Source: Auanema rhodensis (taxonomy: Eukaryota; Animalia; Nematoda). Taken from it: a DNA stretch of 64,000 nucleotides. Below, piece by piece: positions 21,891 through 38,443 of this stretch (positions are counted from its first letter, which is position 1; each line of letters starts with the position of its first letter). The DNA lies in assembly GCA_964057225.1 (NCBI GenBank), contig OZ059896.1, positions 11,532,001 to 11,596,000 of the forward strand, given 5' to 3'. The position numbers and the translations under genes were made by a program. The notes beneath the pieces were generated by a model, which worked only from the letters and a program-made list of their open reading frames with translations, was not told the origin of the DNA and made no database searches.

Positions 21891-24800
21891 TTTTAATCAT
21901 TGAAAAACATTTAAATTTCAATATTGTGATGCTCAAAAACTGAAACATTTAAATATTTTGTATTTTCTAAACCATTTCATTCCATCTCTTTTTTTTAATC
22001 CCATATTTCAAACAACTTTATATTTCTACCACAATTTCATAATTTCATTTTTTAAATTTTTAATCATTAAAAAACATTTAAATTTCAATATTGTGATGCT
22101 CAAAAACTGAAACATTTAAATATTTTATATTTTCTATAATTTCATTCTTTAAATTTTTAATCATTAAAAAACATATAAATTTCAATATTGTGATGCTCAA
22201 AAACTGAAACATTTAAATATTTTGTATTTTCTAAACCATTTCATTCCATCTCTTTTTTTTAATCCCATATTTCAAACAACTTTATATTTCTATCACAATT
22301 TCATAATTTCATTTTTTAAATTTTTAATCATTAAGAAACATTTACATTTCAATATTGTGATGCTCAAAAACTGAAACATTTAAATATTTTGTATTTTCTA
22401 AACCATTTCACTAAATCTATTTTATTTAATTCCATATTTTAAACAATTTTATAATTCTACCACTATTTCATAATTTCATTCTTTAAATTTTTAATCATTA
22501 AAAAACATTTAAATTTCAATATTGTGATGCTCAAAAACTGAAACATTTAAATATTTTATATTTTCTATAATTTCATTCTTTAAATTTTTAATCATTAAAA
22601 AACATATAAATTTCAATATTGTGATGCTCAAAAACTGAAACATTTAAATATTTTGTATTTTCTAAACCATTTCATTCCATCTCTTTTTTTTAATCCCATA
22701 TTTCAAACAACTTTATATTTCTACCACAATTTCATAATTTCATTTTTTAAATTTTTAATCATTAAAAAACATTTAAATTTCAATATTGTGATGCTGAAAA
22801 ACTGAAACATTTAAATATTTTGTATTTTCTAAACCATTTCACTAAATCTATTTTATTTAATCCCATATTTTAAACAATTTTATAATTCTACCACTATTTC
22901 ATAATTTCATTCTTTAAATTTTTAATCATTAAAAAACATATAAATTTCAATATTGTGATACTCAAAAACTGAAACATTTGAATATTTTATATTTTCTAAA
23001 CCATTTCACTCCATCTCTTTTATTTAATTCCATTTTTTAAACAATTTTATATTTCTACGACTATTTCATAATTTCATTTTTTAAATTTTTAATCATTAAA
23101 AAACATATAAATTTCAATATTGTGATGCTCAAAAACTGAAACTTTAAATATTTTGTATTTTCTTAACCATTTCACTAAATCTATATTATTTAATCCCATA
23201 TTTTGAACAATTTTATAATTCTACCACTATTTCATAATTTCATTCTTTAAATTTTTAATCATTAAAAAACATATAAATTTCAATATTGTGATGCTCAAAA
23301 ACTGAAACATTTAAATATTTTGTATTTTCTAAACCATTTCACTAAATCTATTTTATTTAATTCCATATTTTAAACAATTTTATAATTCTACGACTATTTG
23401 ATAATTTCATTTTTTAAATTTTCAATCATTAAAAAACATTTAAATTTCAATATTGTGATGCTCAAAAACTGAAACATTTAAATATTTTGTATTTTCTAAA
23501 CCATTTCACTAAATCTATTTCATTTAATCCCATATTTTAAACTATTTTATAATTCTACCACTATTTCATAATTTCATTCTTTAAATTTTTAATCATTAAA
23601 AAACATATAAATTTCAATATTGTGATGATCAAAAACTGAAACATTTAAATATTTTGTATTTTCTAAACCATTTCACTAAATCTATTTTATTTAATCCCAT
23701 ATTTAGAACAACTTCATATTTCTACCACAATTTCATAATTTCATTTTTTAAATTTCTAATCATTAAAAAACTTTTAAATTTCAATATTGTGATGCTCAAA
23801 AACTGAAACATTTAAATATTTTGTATTTTCTAAACCATTTCACTAAATCTATTTTATTTAATCCCATATTTTAAACAATTTTATAATTCTACCACTATTT
23901 CATAATTTCATTCTTTAAATTTTTAATCATTAAGAAACATTTACATTTCAATATTGTGATGCTCAAAAACTGAAACATTTAAATATTTTGTATTTTCTAA
24001 ACCATTTCACTAAATCTATATTATTTAATCCCATATTTTGAACAATTCTATAATTCTACCACTATTTCATAATTTCATTCTTTAAATTTTTAATCATTAA
24101 AAAACATATAAATTTCAATATTGTGATGATCAAAAACTGAAACATTTAAATATTTTGTATTTTCTAAACCATTTCACTAAATCTATTTTATTTAATTCCA
24201 TATTTTAAACAATTTTATAATTCTACGACTATTTGATAATTTCATTTTTTAAATTTTCAATCATTAAAAAACATTTAAATTTCAATATTGTGATGCTCAA
24301 AAACTGAAACATTTAAATATTTTGTATTTTCTAAACCATTTCACTAAATCTATTTTATTTAATCCCATATTTTAAACTATTTTATAATTCTACCACTATT
24401 TCATAATTTCATTCTTTAAATTTTTAATCATTAAAAAACATATAAATTTCAATATTGTGATGATCAAAAACTGAAACATTTAAATATTTTGTATTTTCTA
24501 AACCATTTCACTAAATCTATTTTATTTAATCCCATATTTTAAACAATTTTATAATTCTACGACTATTTGATAATTTCATTTTTTAAATTTTCAATCATTA
24601 AAAAACATTTAAATTTCAATATTGTGATGCTCAAAAACTGAAACATTTAAATATTTTGTATTTTCTAAACCATTTCACTAAATCTATTTCATTTAATCCC
24701 ATATTTTAAACTATTTTATAATTCTACCACTATTTCATAATTTCATTCTTTAAATTTTTAATCATTAAAAAACATATAAATTTCAATATTGTGATGATCA

Positions 24801-27800
24801 AAAACTGAAACATTTAAATATTTTGTATTTTCTAAACCATTTCACTAAATCTATTTTATTTAATCCCATATTTAGAACAACTTCATATTTCTACCACAAT
24901 TTCATAATTTCATTTTTTAAATTTCTAATCATTAAAAAACTTTTAAATTTCAATATTGTGATGCTCAAAAACTGAAACATTTAAATATTTTGTATTTTCT
25001 AAACCATTTCACTAAATCTATTTTATTTAATCCCATATTTTAAACAATTTTATAATTCTACCACTATTTCATAATTTCATTCTTTAAATTTTTAATCATT
25101 AAGAAACATTTACATTTCAATATTGTGATGCTCAAAAACTGAAACATTTAAATATTTTGTATTTTCTAAACCATTTCACTAAATCTATATTATTTAATCC
25201 CATATTTTGAACAATTTTATAATTCTACCACTATTTCATAATTTCATTCTTTAAATTTTTAATCATTAAAAAACATATAAATTTCAATATTGTGATGATC
25301 AAAAACTGAAACATTTAAATATTTTGTATTTTCTAAACCATTTCACTAAATCTATTTTATTTAATTCCATATTTTAAACAATTTTATAATTCTACGACTA
25401 TTTGATAATTTCATTTTTTAAATTTTCAATCATTAAAAAACATTTAAATTTCAATATTGTGATGCTCAAAAACTGAAACATTTAAATATTTTGTATTTTC
25501 TAAACCATTTCACTAAATCTATTTTATTTAATCCCATATTTTAAACTATTTTATAATTCTACCACTATTTCATAATTTCATTCTTTAAATTTTTAATCAT
25601 TAAAAAACATATAAATTTCAATATTGTGATGATCAAAAACTGAAACATTTAAATATTTTGTATTTTCTAAACCATTTCACTAAATCTATTTTATTTAATC
25701 CCATATTTTAAACAACTTCATATTTCTACCACAATTTCATAATTTCATTTTTTAAATTTCTAATCATTAAAAAACATTTAAATTTCAATATTGTGATGCT
25801 CAAAAACTGAAACATTTAAATATTTTGTATTTTCTAAACCATTTCACTAAATCTATTTTATTTAATTCCATATTTTTCACCAAATCTATTTTATTTAATT
25901 CCATATTTTAAACAATTTTATAATTCTACCACTATTTCATAATTTCATTCTTTAAATTTTTAATCATTAAAAAACATATAAATTTCAATATTGTGATGAT
26001 CAAAACTGAAACATTTAAATATTTTGTATTTTCTAAACCATTTCACTAAATCTATTTTATTTAATCCCATATTTTAAACAATTTTATAATTCTACCACTA
26101 TTTCATAATTTCCTTTTTTAAATTTTTAATCATTAAAAAACATTTAAATTTCAATATTGTGATGATCAAAACTGAAACATTTAAATATTTTGTATTTTCT
26201 AAACCATTTCACTAAATCTATTTTATTTAATCCCATATTTTAAACAATTTTATAATTCTACCACTATTTCATAATTTCATTCTTTAAATTTTTAATCATT
26301 AAAAAACATATAAATTTCAATATTGTGATACTCAAAAACTGAAACATTTGAATATTTTATATTTTCTAAACCATTTCACTCCATCTCTTTTATTTAATTC
26401 CATTTTTTAAACAATTTTATATTTCTACGACTATTTCATAATTTCATTTTTTAAATTTTTAATCATTAAAAAACATATAAATTTCAATATTGTGATGCTA
26501 AAAAACTGAAACATTTAAATATTTTGTATTTTCTTAACCATTTCACCAAATCTATTTTATTTAATTCCATATTTTAAACAATTTTATAATTCTACCACTA
26601 TTTCATAATTTCATTCTTTAAAATTTTAATCATTAAAAAACATATAAATTTAAATATTGTGATGATCAAAACTGAAACATTTAAATATTTTGTATTTTCT
26701 AAACCATTTCACTAAATCTATATTATTTAATCCCATATTTTGAACAATTTTATAATTCTACCACTATTTCATAATTTCATTCTTTAAATTTTTAATCATT
26801 AAAAAACATATAAATTTCAATATTGTGATGATCAAAAACTGAAACATTTAAATATTTTGTATTTTCTAAACCATTTCACTAAATCTATTTTATTTAATTC
26901 CATATTTTAAACAATTTTATAATTCTACGACTATTTGATAATTTCATTTTTTAAATTTTCAATCATTAAAAAACATTTAAATTTCAATATTGTGATGCTC
27001 AAAAACTGAAACATTTAAATATTTTGTATTTTCTAAACCATTTCACTAAATCTATTTTATTTAATCCCATATTTTAAACTATTTTATAATTCTACCACTA
27101 TTTCATAATTTCATTCTTTAAATTTTTAATCATTAAAAAACATATAAATTTCAATATTGTGATGATCAAAAACTGAAACATTTAAATATTTTGTATTTTC
27201 TAAACCATTTCACTAAATCTATTTTATTTAATCCCATATTTTAAACAACTTCATATTTCTACCACAATTTCATAATTTCATTTTTTAAATTTCTAATCAT
27301 TAAAAAACATTTAAATTTCAATATTGTGATGCTCAAAAACTGAAACATTTAAATATTTTGTATTTTCTAAACCATTTCACTAAATCTATTTTATTTAATC
27401 CCATATTTTAAACAATTTTATAATTCTACCACTATTTCATAATTTCATTCTTTAAAATTTTAATCATTAAAAAACATATAAATTTAAATATTGTGATGAT
27501 CAAAACTGAAACATTTAAATATTTTGTATTTTCTAAACCATTTCACTAAATCTATTTTATTTAATCCCATATTTTACACCAAATCTATTTTATTTAATTC
27601 CATATTTTAAACAATTTTATAATTCTACCACTATTTCATAATTTCATTCTTTAAATTTTTAATCATTAAAAAACATATAAATTTCAATATTGTGATGATC
27701 AAAACTGAAACATTTAAATATTTTGTATTTTCTAAACCATTTCACTAAATCTATTTTATTTAATTCCATTTTTTAAACAATTTTATAATTCTACCACTAT

Positions 27801-30800
27801 TTCATAATTTCATTCTTTAAATTTTTAATCATTAAAAAACATTTAAATTTCAATATTGTGATGCTCAAAAACTGAAACATTTAAATATTTTGTATTTTCT
27901 AAACCATTTCACTAAATCTATTTTATTTAATCCCATATTTTAAACAATTTTATAATTCTACCACTGTTTCATAATTTCATTCTTTAAAATTTTAATCATT
28001 AAAAAACATATAAATTTAAATATTGTGATGATCAAAACTGAAACATTTAAATATTTTGTATTTTCTAAACCATTTCACTAAATCTATTTTATTTAATCCC
28101 ATATTTTAAACAATTTTATAATTCTACCACTATTTCATAATTTCATTCTTTAAATTTTTAATCATTAAAAAACATATAAATTTCAATATTGTGATGATCA
28201 AAAACTGAAACATTTAAATATTTTGTATTTTCTAAACCATTTCACTAAATCTATTTTATTTAATTCCATATTTTAAACAATTTTATAATTCTACGACTAT
28301 TTGATAATTTCATTTTTTAAATTTTCAATCATTAAAAAACATTTAAATTTCAATATTGTGATGCTCAAAAACTGAAACATTTAAATATTTTGTATTTTCT
28401 AAACCATTTCACTAAATCTATTTTATTTAATCCCATATTTTAAACTATTTTATAATTCTACCACTATTTCATAATTTCATTCTTTAAATTTTTAATCATT
28501 AAAAAACATATAAATTTCAATATTGTGATGATCAAAAACTGAAACATTTAAATATTTTGTATTTTCTAAACCATTTCACTAAATCTATTTTATTTAATCC
28601 CATATTTTAAACAACTTCATATTTCTACCACAATTTCATAATTTCATTTTTTAAATTTCTAATCATTAAAAAACTTTTAAATTTCAATATTGTGATGCTC
28701 AAAAACTGAAACATTTAAATATTTTGTATTTTCTAAACCATTTCACTAAATCTATTTTATTTAATCCCATATTTTAAACAATTTTATAATTCTACCACTA
28801 TTTCATAATTTCATTCTTTAAATTTTTAATCATTAAGAAACATTTACATTTCAATATTGTGATGCTCAAAAACTGAAACATTTAAATATTTTGTATTTTC
28901 CAAACCATTTCACTAAATCTATTTTATTTAATCCCATATTTTAAACAATTTTATAATTCTACCACTATTTCATAATTTCATTCTTTAAATGTTTAATCAT
29001 TAAGAAACATTTACATTTCAATATTGTGATGCTCAAAAACTGAAACATTTAAATATTTTGTATTTTCTAAACCATTTCACTAAATCTATATTATTTAATC
29101 CCATATTTTGAACAATTTTATAATTCTACCACTATTTCATAATTTCATTCTTTAAATTTTTAATCATTAAAAAACATATAAATTTCAATATTGTGATGAT
29201 CAAAAACTGAAACATTTAAATATTTTGTATTTTCTAAACCATTTCACTAAATCTATTTTATTTAATTCCATATTTTAAACAATTTTATAATTCTACGACT
29301 ATTTGATAATTTCATTTTTTAAATTTTCAATCATTAAAAAACATTTAAATTTCAATATTGTGATGCTCAAAAACTGAAACATTTAAATATTTTGTATTTT
29401 CTAAACCATTTCACTAAATCTATTTTATTTAATCCCATATTTTAAACTATTTTATAATTCTACCACTATTTCATAATTTCATTCTTTAAATTTTTAATCA
29501 TTAAAAAACATATAAATTTCAATATTGTGATGATCAAAAACTGAAACATTTAAATATTTTGTATTTTCTAAACCATTTCACTAAATCTATTTTATTTAAT
29601 CCCATATTTTAAACAACTTCATATTTCTACCACAATTTCATAATTTCATTTTTTAAATTTCTAATCATTAAAAAACATTTAAATTTCAATATTGTGATGC
29701 TCAAAAACTGAAACATTTAAATATTTTGTATTTTCTAAACCATTTCACTAAATCTATTTTATTTAATTCCATATTTTACACCAAATCTATTTTATTTAAT
29801 TCCATATTTTAAACAATTTTATAATTCTACCACTATTTCATAATTTCATTCTTTAAATTTTTAATCATTAAAAAACATTTAAATTTCAATATTGTGATGA
29901 TCAAAACTGAAACATTTAAATATTTTGTATTTTCTAAACCATTTCACTAAATCTATTTTATTTTATTCCATATTTTAAACAATTTTATAATTCTACGACT
30001 ATTTGATAATTTCATTTTTTAAATTTTTAATCATTAAAAAACATATAAATTTCAATATTGTGATGATCAAAAACTGAAACATTTAAATATTTTGTATTTT
30101 CTAAACCATTTCACTAAATCTATATTATTTAATCCCATATTTTGAACAATTTTATAATTCTACCACTATTTCATAATTTCATTTTTTAAATTTTCAATCA
30201 TTAAAAAACATTTAAATTTCAATATTGTGATGATCAAAAACTGAAACATTTAAATATTTTGTATTTTCTAAACCATTTCACTAAATCTATTTTATTTAAT
30301 TCCATATTTTAAACAATTTTATAATTCTACGACTATTTGATAATTTCATTTTTTAAATTTTTAATCATTAAAAAACATATAAATTTCAATATTGTGATGA
30401 TCAAAAACTGAAACATTTAAATATTTTGTATTTTCTAAACCATTTCACTCCATCTCTTTTAATTAATTCCATATTTTAACAATTTCATATTTCTACCACG
30501 AATTCATAACTTCATTTTTTAAATTTTTAATCATTAAAAAACATTTAAATTTCAATATTGTGATGCTCAAAAACTGAAACATTTAAATATTTTGTATTTT
30601 CTAAACCATTTCACTCCATCTCTTTTAATTAATTCCATATTTTAACAATTTCATATTTCTACCACGAATTCATAACTTCATTTTTTAAATTTTTAATCAT
30701 TAAAAAACATATAAATTTCAATATTGTGATGCTCAAAAACTGAAACATTTAAATATTTTGTATTTTCTAAACCATTTCACTAAATCTATTTTATTTAATT

Positions 30801-33108
30801 CCATATTTTAAACAATTTTATAATTCTACGACTATTTGATAATTTCATTTTTTAAATTTTTAATCATTAAAAAACATATAAATTTCAATATTGTGATGAT
30901 CAAAAACTGAAACATTTAAATATTTTGTATTTTCTAAACCATTTCACTAAATCTATTTTATTTAATTCCATATTTTAAACAATTTTATAATTCTACGACT
31001 ATTTCATAATTTCATTCTTTAAATTTTTAATCATTAAAAAACATATAAATTTCAATATTGTGATGATCAAAAACTGAAACATTTAAATATTTTGTATTTT
31101 CTAAACCATTTCACTAAATCTATTTTATTTAATTCCATATTTTAAACAATTTTATAATTCTACGACTATTTGATAATTTCATTTTTTAAATTTTCAATCA
31201 TTAAAAAACATATAAATTTCAATATTGTGATGATCAAAAACTGAAACATTCAAATATTTTGTATTTTCTAAACCATTTCACTAAATCTATTTTATTTAAT
31301 CCCATATTTGAAACAACTTCATATTTCTACCACAATTTCATAATTTCATTTTTTAAATTTCTAATCATTAAAAAACTTTTAAATTTCAATATTGTGATGC
31401 TCAAAAAATGAAACATTTAAATATTTTGTATTTTCTAAACCATTTCACTAAATCTATTTTATTTAATCCCATATTTTAAACAATTTTATAATTCTACCAC
31501 TATATCATAATTTCATTCTTTAAATTTTTAATCATTAAGAAACATTTACATTTCAATATTGTGATGCTCAAAAACTGAAACATTTAAATATTTTGTATTT
31601 TCTAAACCATTTCACTAAATCTATATTATTTAATCCCATATTTTGAACAATTTTATAATTCTACCACTATTTCATAATTTCATTCTTTAAATTTTTAATC
31701 ATTAAAAAACATATAAATTTCAATATTGTGATGATCAAAAACTGAAACATTTAAATATTTTGTATTTTCTAAACCATTTCACTAAATCTATTTTATTAAA
31801 TTCCATATTTTAAACAATTTTATAATTCTACGACTATTTGATAATTTCATTTTTTAAATTTTTAATCATTAAAAAACATTTAAATTTCAATATTGTGATG
31901 CTCAAAAACTGAAACATTTAAATATTTTGTATTTTCTAAACCATTTCACTAAATCTATTTTATTTAATCCCATATTTTAAACTATTTTATAATTCTACCA
32001 CTATTTCATAATTTCATTCTTTAAATTTTTAATCATTAAAAAACATATAAATTTCAATATTGTGATGATCAAAAACTGAAACATTTAAATATTTTGTATT
32101 TTCTAAACCATTTCACTAAATCTATTTTATTTAATCCCATATTTTAAACAACTTCATATTTCTACCACAATTTCATAATTTCATTTTTTAAATTTCTAAT
32201 CATTAAAAAACATTTAAATTTCAATATTGTGATGCTCAAAAACTGAAACATTTAAATGTTTTGTATTTTCTAAACCATTTCACTAAGTCTATTTTATTTA
32301 ATTCCATATTTTTCACCAAATCTATTTTATTTAATTCCATATTTTAAACAATTTTATAATTCTACCACTATTTCATAATTTCATTCATTAAATTTTTAAT
32401 CATTAAAAAACATATAAATTTCAATATTGTGATGATCAAAACTGAAACATTTAAATATTTTGTATTTTCTAAACCATTTCACTAAATCTATTTTATTTAA
32501 TTCCATTTTTTAAACAATTTTATAATTCTACCACTATTTCATAATTTCATTCTTTAAATTTTTAATCATTAAAAAACATTTAAATTTCAATATTGTGATG
32601 CTCAAAAACTGAAACATTTAAATATTTTGTATTTTCTAAACCATTTCACTAAATCTATTTTATTTAATTCCATATTTTTCACTAAATCTATTTTATTTAA
32701 TTCCATATTTTAAACAATTTTATAATTCTACCACGAATTCATAACTTCATTTTTTAAATTTTTAATCATTAAAAAACATTTAAATTTCAATATTGCGATG
32801 CTCAAAAACTAAAACATTTAAATATTTTGTATTTTCTAAACCATTTCACTCCATCTCTTTTATTTAATTCCATATTTTAAACAATTTTATATTTCTACCA
32901 CAATTTCATAATTTCATTTTTTAAATTTTTAATCATTAAAAAACATTTAAATTTCGATATTGTGATGCTCAAAAACTGAAACATTTAAATATTTTGTATT
33001 TTCTAAACCATTTCACTCTATCTATTTTATTTAATTCCATATTTTAAATAATTTTATATTTCTACCACTATTTCATAATTTCATTTTTTAAATTTCAATA
33101 TTGTGATG
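21890..33108 (+). repeat. 167-bp AT-rich satellite array 1 (about 67 monomers) with higher-order structure
   Basis: The GTGAT core lies at 22788, 22955, 23122, 23288 and 23455. Rare variants recur 1169 bp (7 x 167) apart. Confidence 0.97.
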
Positions 33109-34655
33109 AGTAGAGAGCCATGCCGAATTTACTAACCACGACCAACAGTTGCTAAAAACATACTTTTGAGGGCGTCAGCTGCTAAAAGCATACTTTTTGG
33201 GGCGTCAGCTGTCAAAATCATATTTTCGGCGTCAGCTGTCAAAAATATACTTTTCCTCCCGAGGCAGGCTCTCGAGCCTGCGCATGGATCAAAATGCATG
33301 ATTTTTTTCAAATCATTTTTAAAATTATTTTTTTAATGTTTTTTTAAGGAATTTTTATTATTTATATATTTGTTAATTGTATTTGTAGATATTTTTTAAA
33401 ATTATTTCTTTTTAAATGTATTTTTAATATTTTTATATGTTTTAAATATTATTATTTAATTATTTCTTTTTAAATGTATTTTAATATTTATATATTTTTT
33501 GATTGTTTTTATAATATTTATACATTTGAATAAACTTTTTAATATATATTATTTTTTTTATATTAGTTTTAATTTATAAAATTTGAATATATATGAAAGC
33601 TAATTAATATGTTCACCGTACCTCTTATGGGTTAATCAATGGAACTCATATCGAAGGTTAATTCGATAAGATATATTTTATATATTTATTTTTTAATTTT
33701 ATTTGTTTACATTGTTTATAGTTTGTGCTTATTATAGTTTATAATTATTTATTTAACTTCTAAAAAGTTTGTTGTTTTTCTAGGCGAACCATTTTGTTCA
33801 CCGTACCTGATATGGGTAAATCAATGGAACACATATCGAAAGTTAATTCGATAAGAACGATATGAAATACAAAAGTTAATGAAACACATATCGAAGGTTA
33901 ATTCGATAAGATCGTTAAAACAGGTGCACTGACCCACACAAGAACCACATGGCAAACGTTTTGTTCATTAAAATATGATAAATAGCTGTACACCACATGT
34001 ACCAAGTTGTCTAATATTTTCAAATTACATGAAAGAATAGTTTAAAGAAATTGTTTTAAATTTTATATTAGTATATTCTAATATACTAACTCAATAAAAC
34101 ACATATCGAAGGTTAATTCGATAGGATTCACAAACAATTGTGTTGTTTCCAATGGAATACATATCGAAGATTAATTCGATAAGATCGTTAAAACAGGTGC
34201 GCTGACCCACACATGTACCACATGGCAAAAGTTTTGTTCATTAAAATATGATAAATAGCTGTACAGCACAAGTACCCATAACGCTAAAAAGAATACTTAC
34301 CATGCCAAGGGGTCATGGGTATATACGAATATTTTCAAACTTTTTAGTATCAAAAATGTTATTGGAACACATATCGAATATTAATTCGATAAGATTGGTG
34401 AAACAGATACGTTGACCTACAATGAACCAAATGGCAAAGCACTTGTTCATTAAAGTATAACAATTAGCTGTATAGCATATGCATCAAGATTTCTAATATT
34501 CTCAAATTACGTGGAAAGAAGAGTATATAGAAAAAGTTTTAGTGTGTATATTACTAATATTCTAATACACTAACTCAATGGAACACATATCGAAGATTAA
34601 TTCGATAAGATCGATAAGAAGAAACAGGTGCGCTGACCACAACAATTCATGCGTA
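33109..34655 (+). mobile_element. Maverick end (polB-side TIR plus subterminal repeats), non-autonomous derivative
   Basis: AGTAGAGAG start, GGCGTCAGCTG repeats, an AT-rich spacer and the palindromic motif array. Confidence 0.88.
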
Positions 34656-36896
34656 TTTTTAATCATTGAAAAACATTTAAATTTCAATATTGTGATGCTC
34701 AAAAACTGAAACATTTAAATATTTTGTATTTTCTAAACCATTTCATTCCATCTCTTTTTTTTAATCCCATATTTCAAACAACTTTATATTTCTACCACAA
34801 TTTCATAATTTCATTTTTTAAATTTTTAATCATTAAAAAACATTTAAATTTCAATATTGTGATGCTCAAAAACTGAAACATTTAAATATTTTGTATTTTC
34901 TAAACCATTTCATTCCATCTCTTTTTTTTAATCCCATATTTCAAACAACTTTATATTTCTACCACAATTTCATAATTTCATTTTTTAAATTTTTAATCAT
35001 TAAAAAACATTTAAATTTCAATATTGTGATGCTCAAAAACTGAAACATTTAAATATTTTATATTTTCTATAATTTCATTCTTTAAATTTTTAATCATTAA
35101 AAAACATATAAATTTCAATATTGTGATGCTCAAAAACTGAAACATTTAAATATTTTGTATTTTCTAAACCATTTCATTCCATCTCTTTTTTTTAATCCCA
35201 TATTTTTCATATTTAATAAAAATAGTTTTAAGAATATATATGAATTGTTTCATCTTTTGCTTAAAATTATTATGTCTCTTTGTTTGTTATAGTCGTTATT
35301 TTTTATTTAATTGAAATGTTTTCAAATATATGTTTAGTTTGTTTCAAAACGATTAGAAAAATACAAAATATTTAAATGTTTCAGTTTTTGAGCATCATTT
35401 TTTTTAATGATTAAAAATTTAATAAATAAAAATTAAATAATAGTAGAATTATAAAATTGTTTAAAATATATATAAATAAAAGAGATGAAGTGAAATGGTT
35501 TAGAAAATACAAAATATTTAAATGTTTCAGTTTTTGAGCATCACAATATTGAAATTTAAATGTTTTTTAGTGATTAAAAATTTAATAAACGAAATTATGA
35601 AAAAGTGATAGAAATTTAAATTTGTTCAAGATATGTGATTAAATAAAAGAGATGAAGTGAAATGGCTTAGAAAATATAAATCAATTTCATGTTTCAGTTT
35701 TTGAGCATCACAATATTGAAATTTAAATGTTTTTTTTTTTAATGATTAAAAATTTAAAAAATGAAATTATGAAATAGTGGTAGAAATATAAAATTGTTTA
35801 AAATAGATGGAGTGAAATGGTTTAGAAAAAACAAAATATTTAAATGTTTCTGTTTTTGCGCATCAAAATATTTAAATTTAAGTGTAATTTAATGATTAAA
35901 AAGTTTAATAAATAAAAATTATAAAGTAGTGGTAAATATTTAAAATTGTTTAAAATATGAAATTAAATAAAAGAGATGAAGTGAAATGGTTTAGAAAATA
36001 CAAAATATTTAAATGTGTCAGTTTTTGAGCATCAAAATATTTAAATTTAAGTGTATTTTAATGAATAAAAATTTAATAAATGATATTATGGCATGGATTT
36101 GGGATAAGATTTTATTTTATTTTTCAAAAAGTCACCAAATGTATGATGATTTGTTTAAAAATAGATGGCAGAATTTAAAATTGCTCAAGATATGTAATCA
36201 AATAAAAGATATAGAGTGAAAAGAATTGTAACATGAAAAAAAAAAAAAGTAATAGTAAAAAGTAACGAATATTAATTCGATAAGATTGGTGAAACAGATA
36301 CGTTGACCTACAATGAACCAAATGGCAAAGCACTTGTTCATTAAAGTATAACAATTAGCTGTATAGCATATGCATCAAGATTTCTAATATTCTCAAATTA
36401 CGTGGAAAGAAGAGTATATAGAAAAAGTTTTAGTGTGTATATTACTAATATTCTAATACACTAACTCAATGGAACACATATCGAAGATTAATTCGATAAG
36501 ATCGATAAGAAGAAACAGGTGCGCTGACCACAACAATTCATGCGTATTTTTAATCATTGAAAAACATTTAAATTTCAATATTGTGATGCTCAAAAACTGA
36601 AACATTTAAATATTTTGTATTTTCTAAACCATTTCACTCCATCTCTTTTATTTAATTCCATATTTTAAACAATTTTATATTTCTACCACAATTTCATAAT
36701 TTCATTTTTTAAATTTTTAATCATTAAAAAACATTTAAATTTCGATATTGTGATGCTCAAAAACTGAAACATTTAAATATTTTGTATTTTCTAAACCATT
36801 TCACTCTATCTATTTTATTTAATTCCATATTTTAAATAATTTTATATTTCTACCACTATTTCATAATTTCATTTTTTAAATTTCAATATTGTGATG

Positions 36897-38443
36897 AGTA
36901 GAGAGCCATGCCGAATTTACTAACCACGACCAACAGTTGCTAAAAACATACTTTTGAGGGCGTCAGCTGCTAAAAGCATACTTTTTGGGGCGTCAGCTGT
37001 CAAAATCATATTTTCGGCGTCAGCTGTCAAAAATATACTTTTCCTCCCGAGGCAGGCTCTCGAGCCTGCGCATGGATCAAAATGCATGATTTTTTTCAAA
37101 TCATTTTTAAAATTATTTTTTTAATGTTTTTTTAAGGAATTTTTATTATTTATATATTTGTTAATTGTATTTGTAGATATTTTTTAAAATTATTTCTTTT
37201 TAAATGTATTTTTAATATTTTTATATGTTTTAAATATTATTATTTAATTATTTCTTTTTAAATGTATTTTAATATTTATATATTTTTTGATTGTTTTTAT
37301 AATATTTATACATTTGAATAAACTTTTTAATATATATTATTTTTTTTATATTAGTTTTAATTTATAAAATTTGAATATATATGAAAGCTAATTAATATGT
37401 TCACCGTACCTCTTATGGGTTAATCAATGGAACTCATATCGAAGGTTAATTCGATAAGATATATTTTATATATTTATTTTTTAATTTTATTTGTTTACAT
37501 TGTTTATAGTTTGTGCTTATTATAGTTTATAATTATTTATTTAACTTCTAAAAAGTTTGTTGTTTTTCTAGGCGAACCATTTTGTTCACCGTACCTGATA
37601 TGGGTAAATCAATGGAACACATATCGAAAGTTAATTCGATAAGAACGATATGAAATACAAAAGTTAATGAAACACATATCGAAGGTTAATTCGATAAGAT
37701 CGTTAAAACAGGTGCACTGACCCACACAAGAACCACATGGCAAACGTTTTGTTCATTAAAATATGATAAATAGCTGTACACCACATGTACCAAGTTGTCT
37801 AATATTTTCAAATTACATGAAAGAATAGTTTAAAGAAATTGTTTTAAATTTTATATTAGTATATTCTAATATACTAACTCAATAAAACACATATCGAAGG
37901 TTAATTCGATAGGATTCACAAACAATTGTGTTGTTTCCAATGGAATACATATCGAAGATTAATTCGATAAGATCGTTAAAACAGGTGCGCTGACCCACAC
38001 ATGTACCACATGGCAAAAGTTTTGTTCATTAAAATATGATAAATAGCTGTACAGCACAAGTACCCATAACGCTAAAAAGAATACTTACCATGCCAAGGGG
38101 TCATGGGTATATACGAATATTTTCAAACTTTTTAGTATCAAAAATGTTATTGGAACACATATCGAATATTAATTCGATAAGATTGGTGAAACAGATACGT
38201 TGACCTACAATGAACCAAATGGCAAAGCACTTGTTCATTAAAGTATAACAATTAGCTGTATAGCATATGCATCAAGATTTCTAATATTCTCAAATTACGT
38301 GGAAAGAAGAGTATATAGAAAAAGTTTTAGTGTGTATATTACTAATATTCTAATACACTAACTCAATGGAACACATATCGAAGATTAATTCGATAAGATC
38401 GATAAGAAGAAACAGGTGCGCTGACCACAACAATTCATGCGTA
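36897..38443 (+). mobile_element. Duplicate Maverick end
   Basis: Copy of 33109-34655 shifted by 3788 bp. Confidence 0.88.

Noticed and set aside
36013-36219. 68-aa ORF repeated at 39801 and 54986
   Set aside because: Antisense reading of the AT-rich polB intron. The identity reflects recent duplication, not coding constraint.
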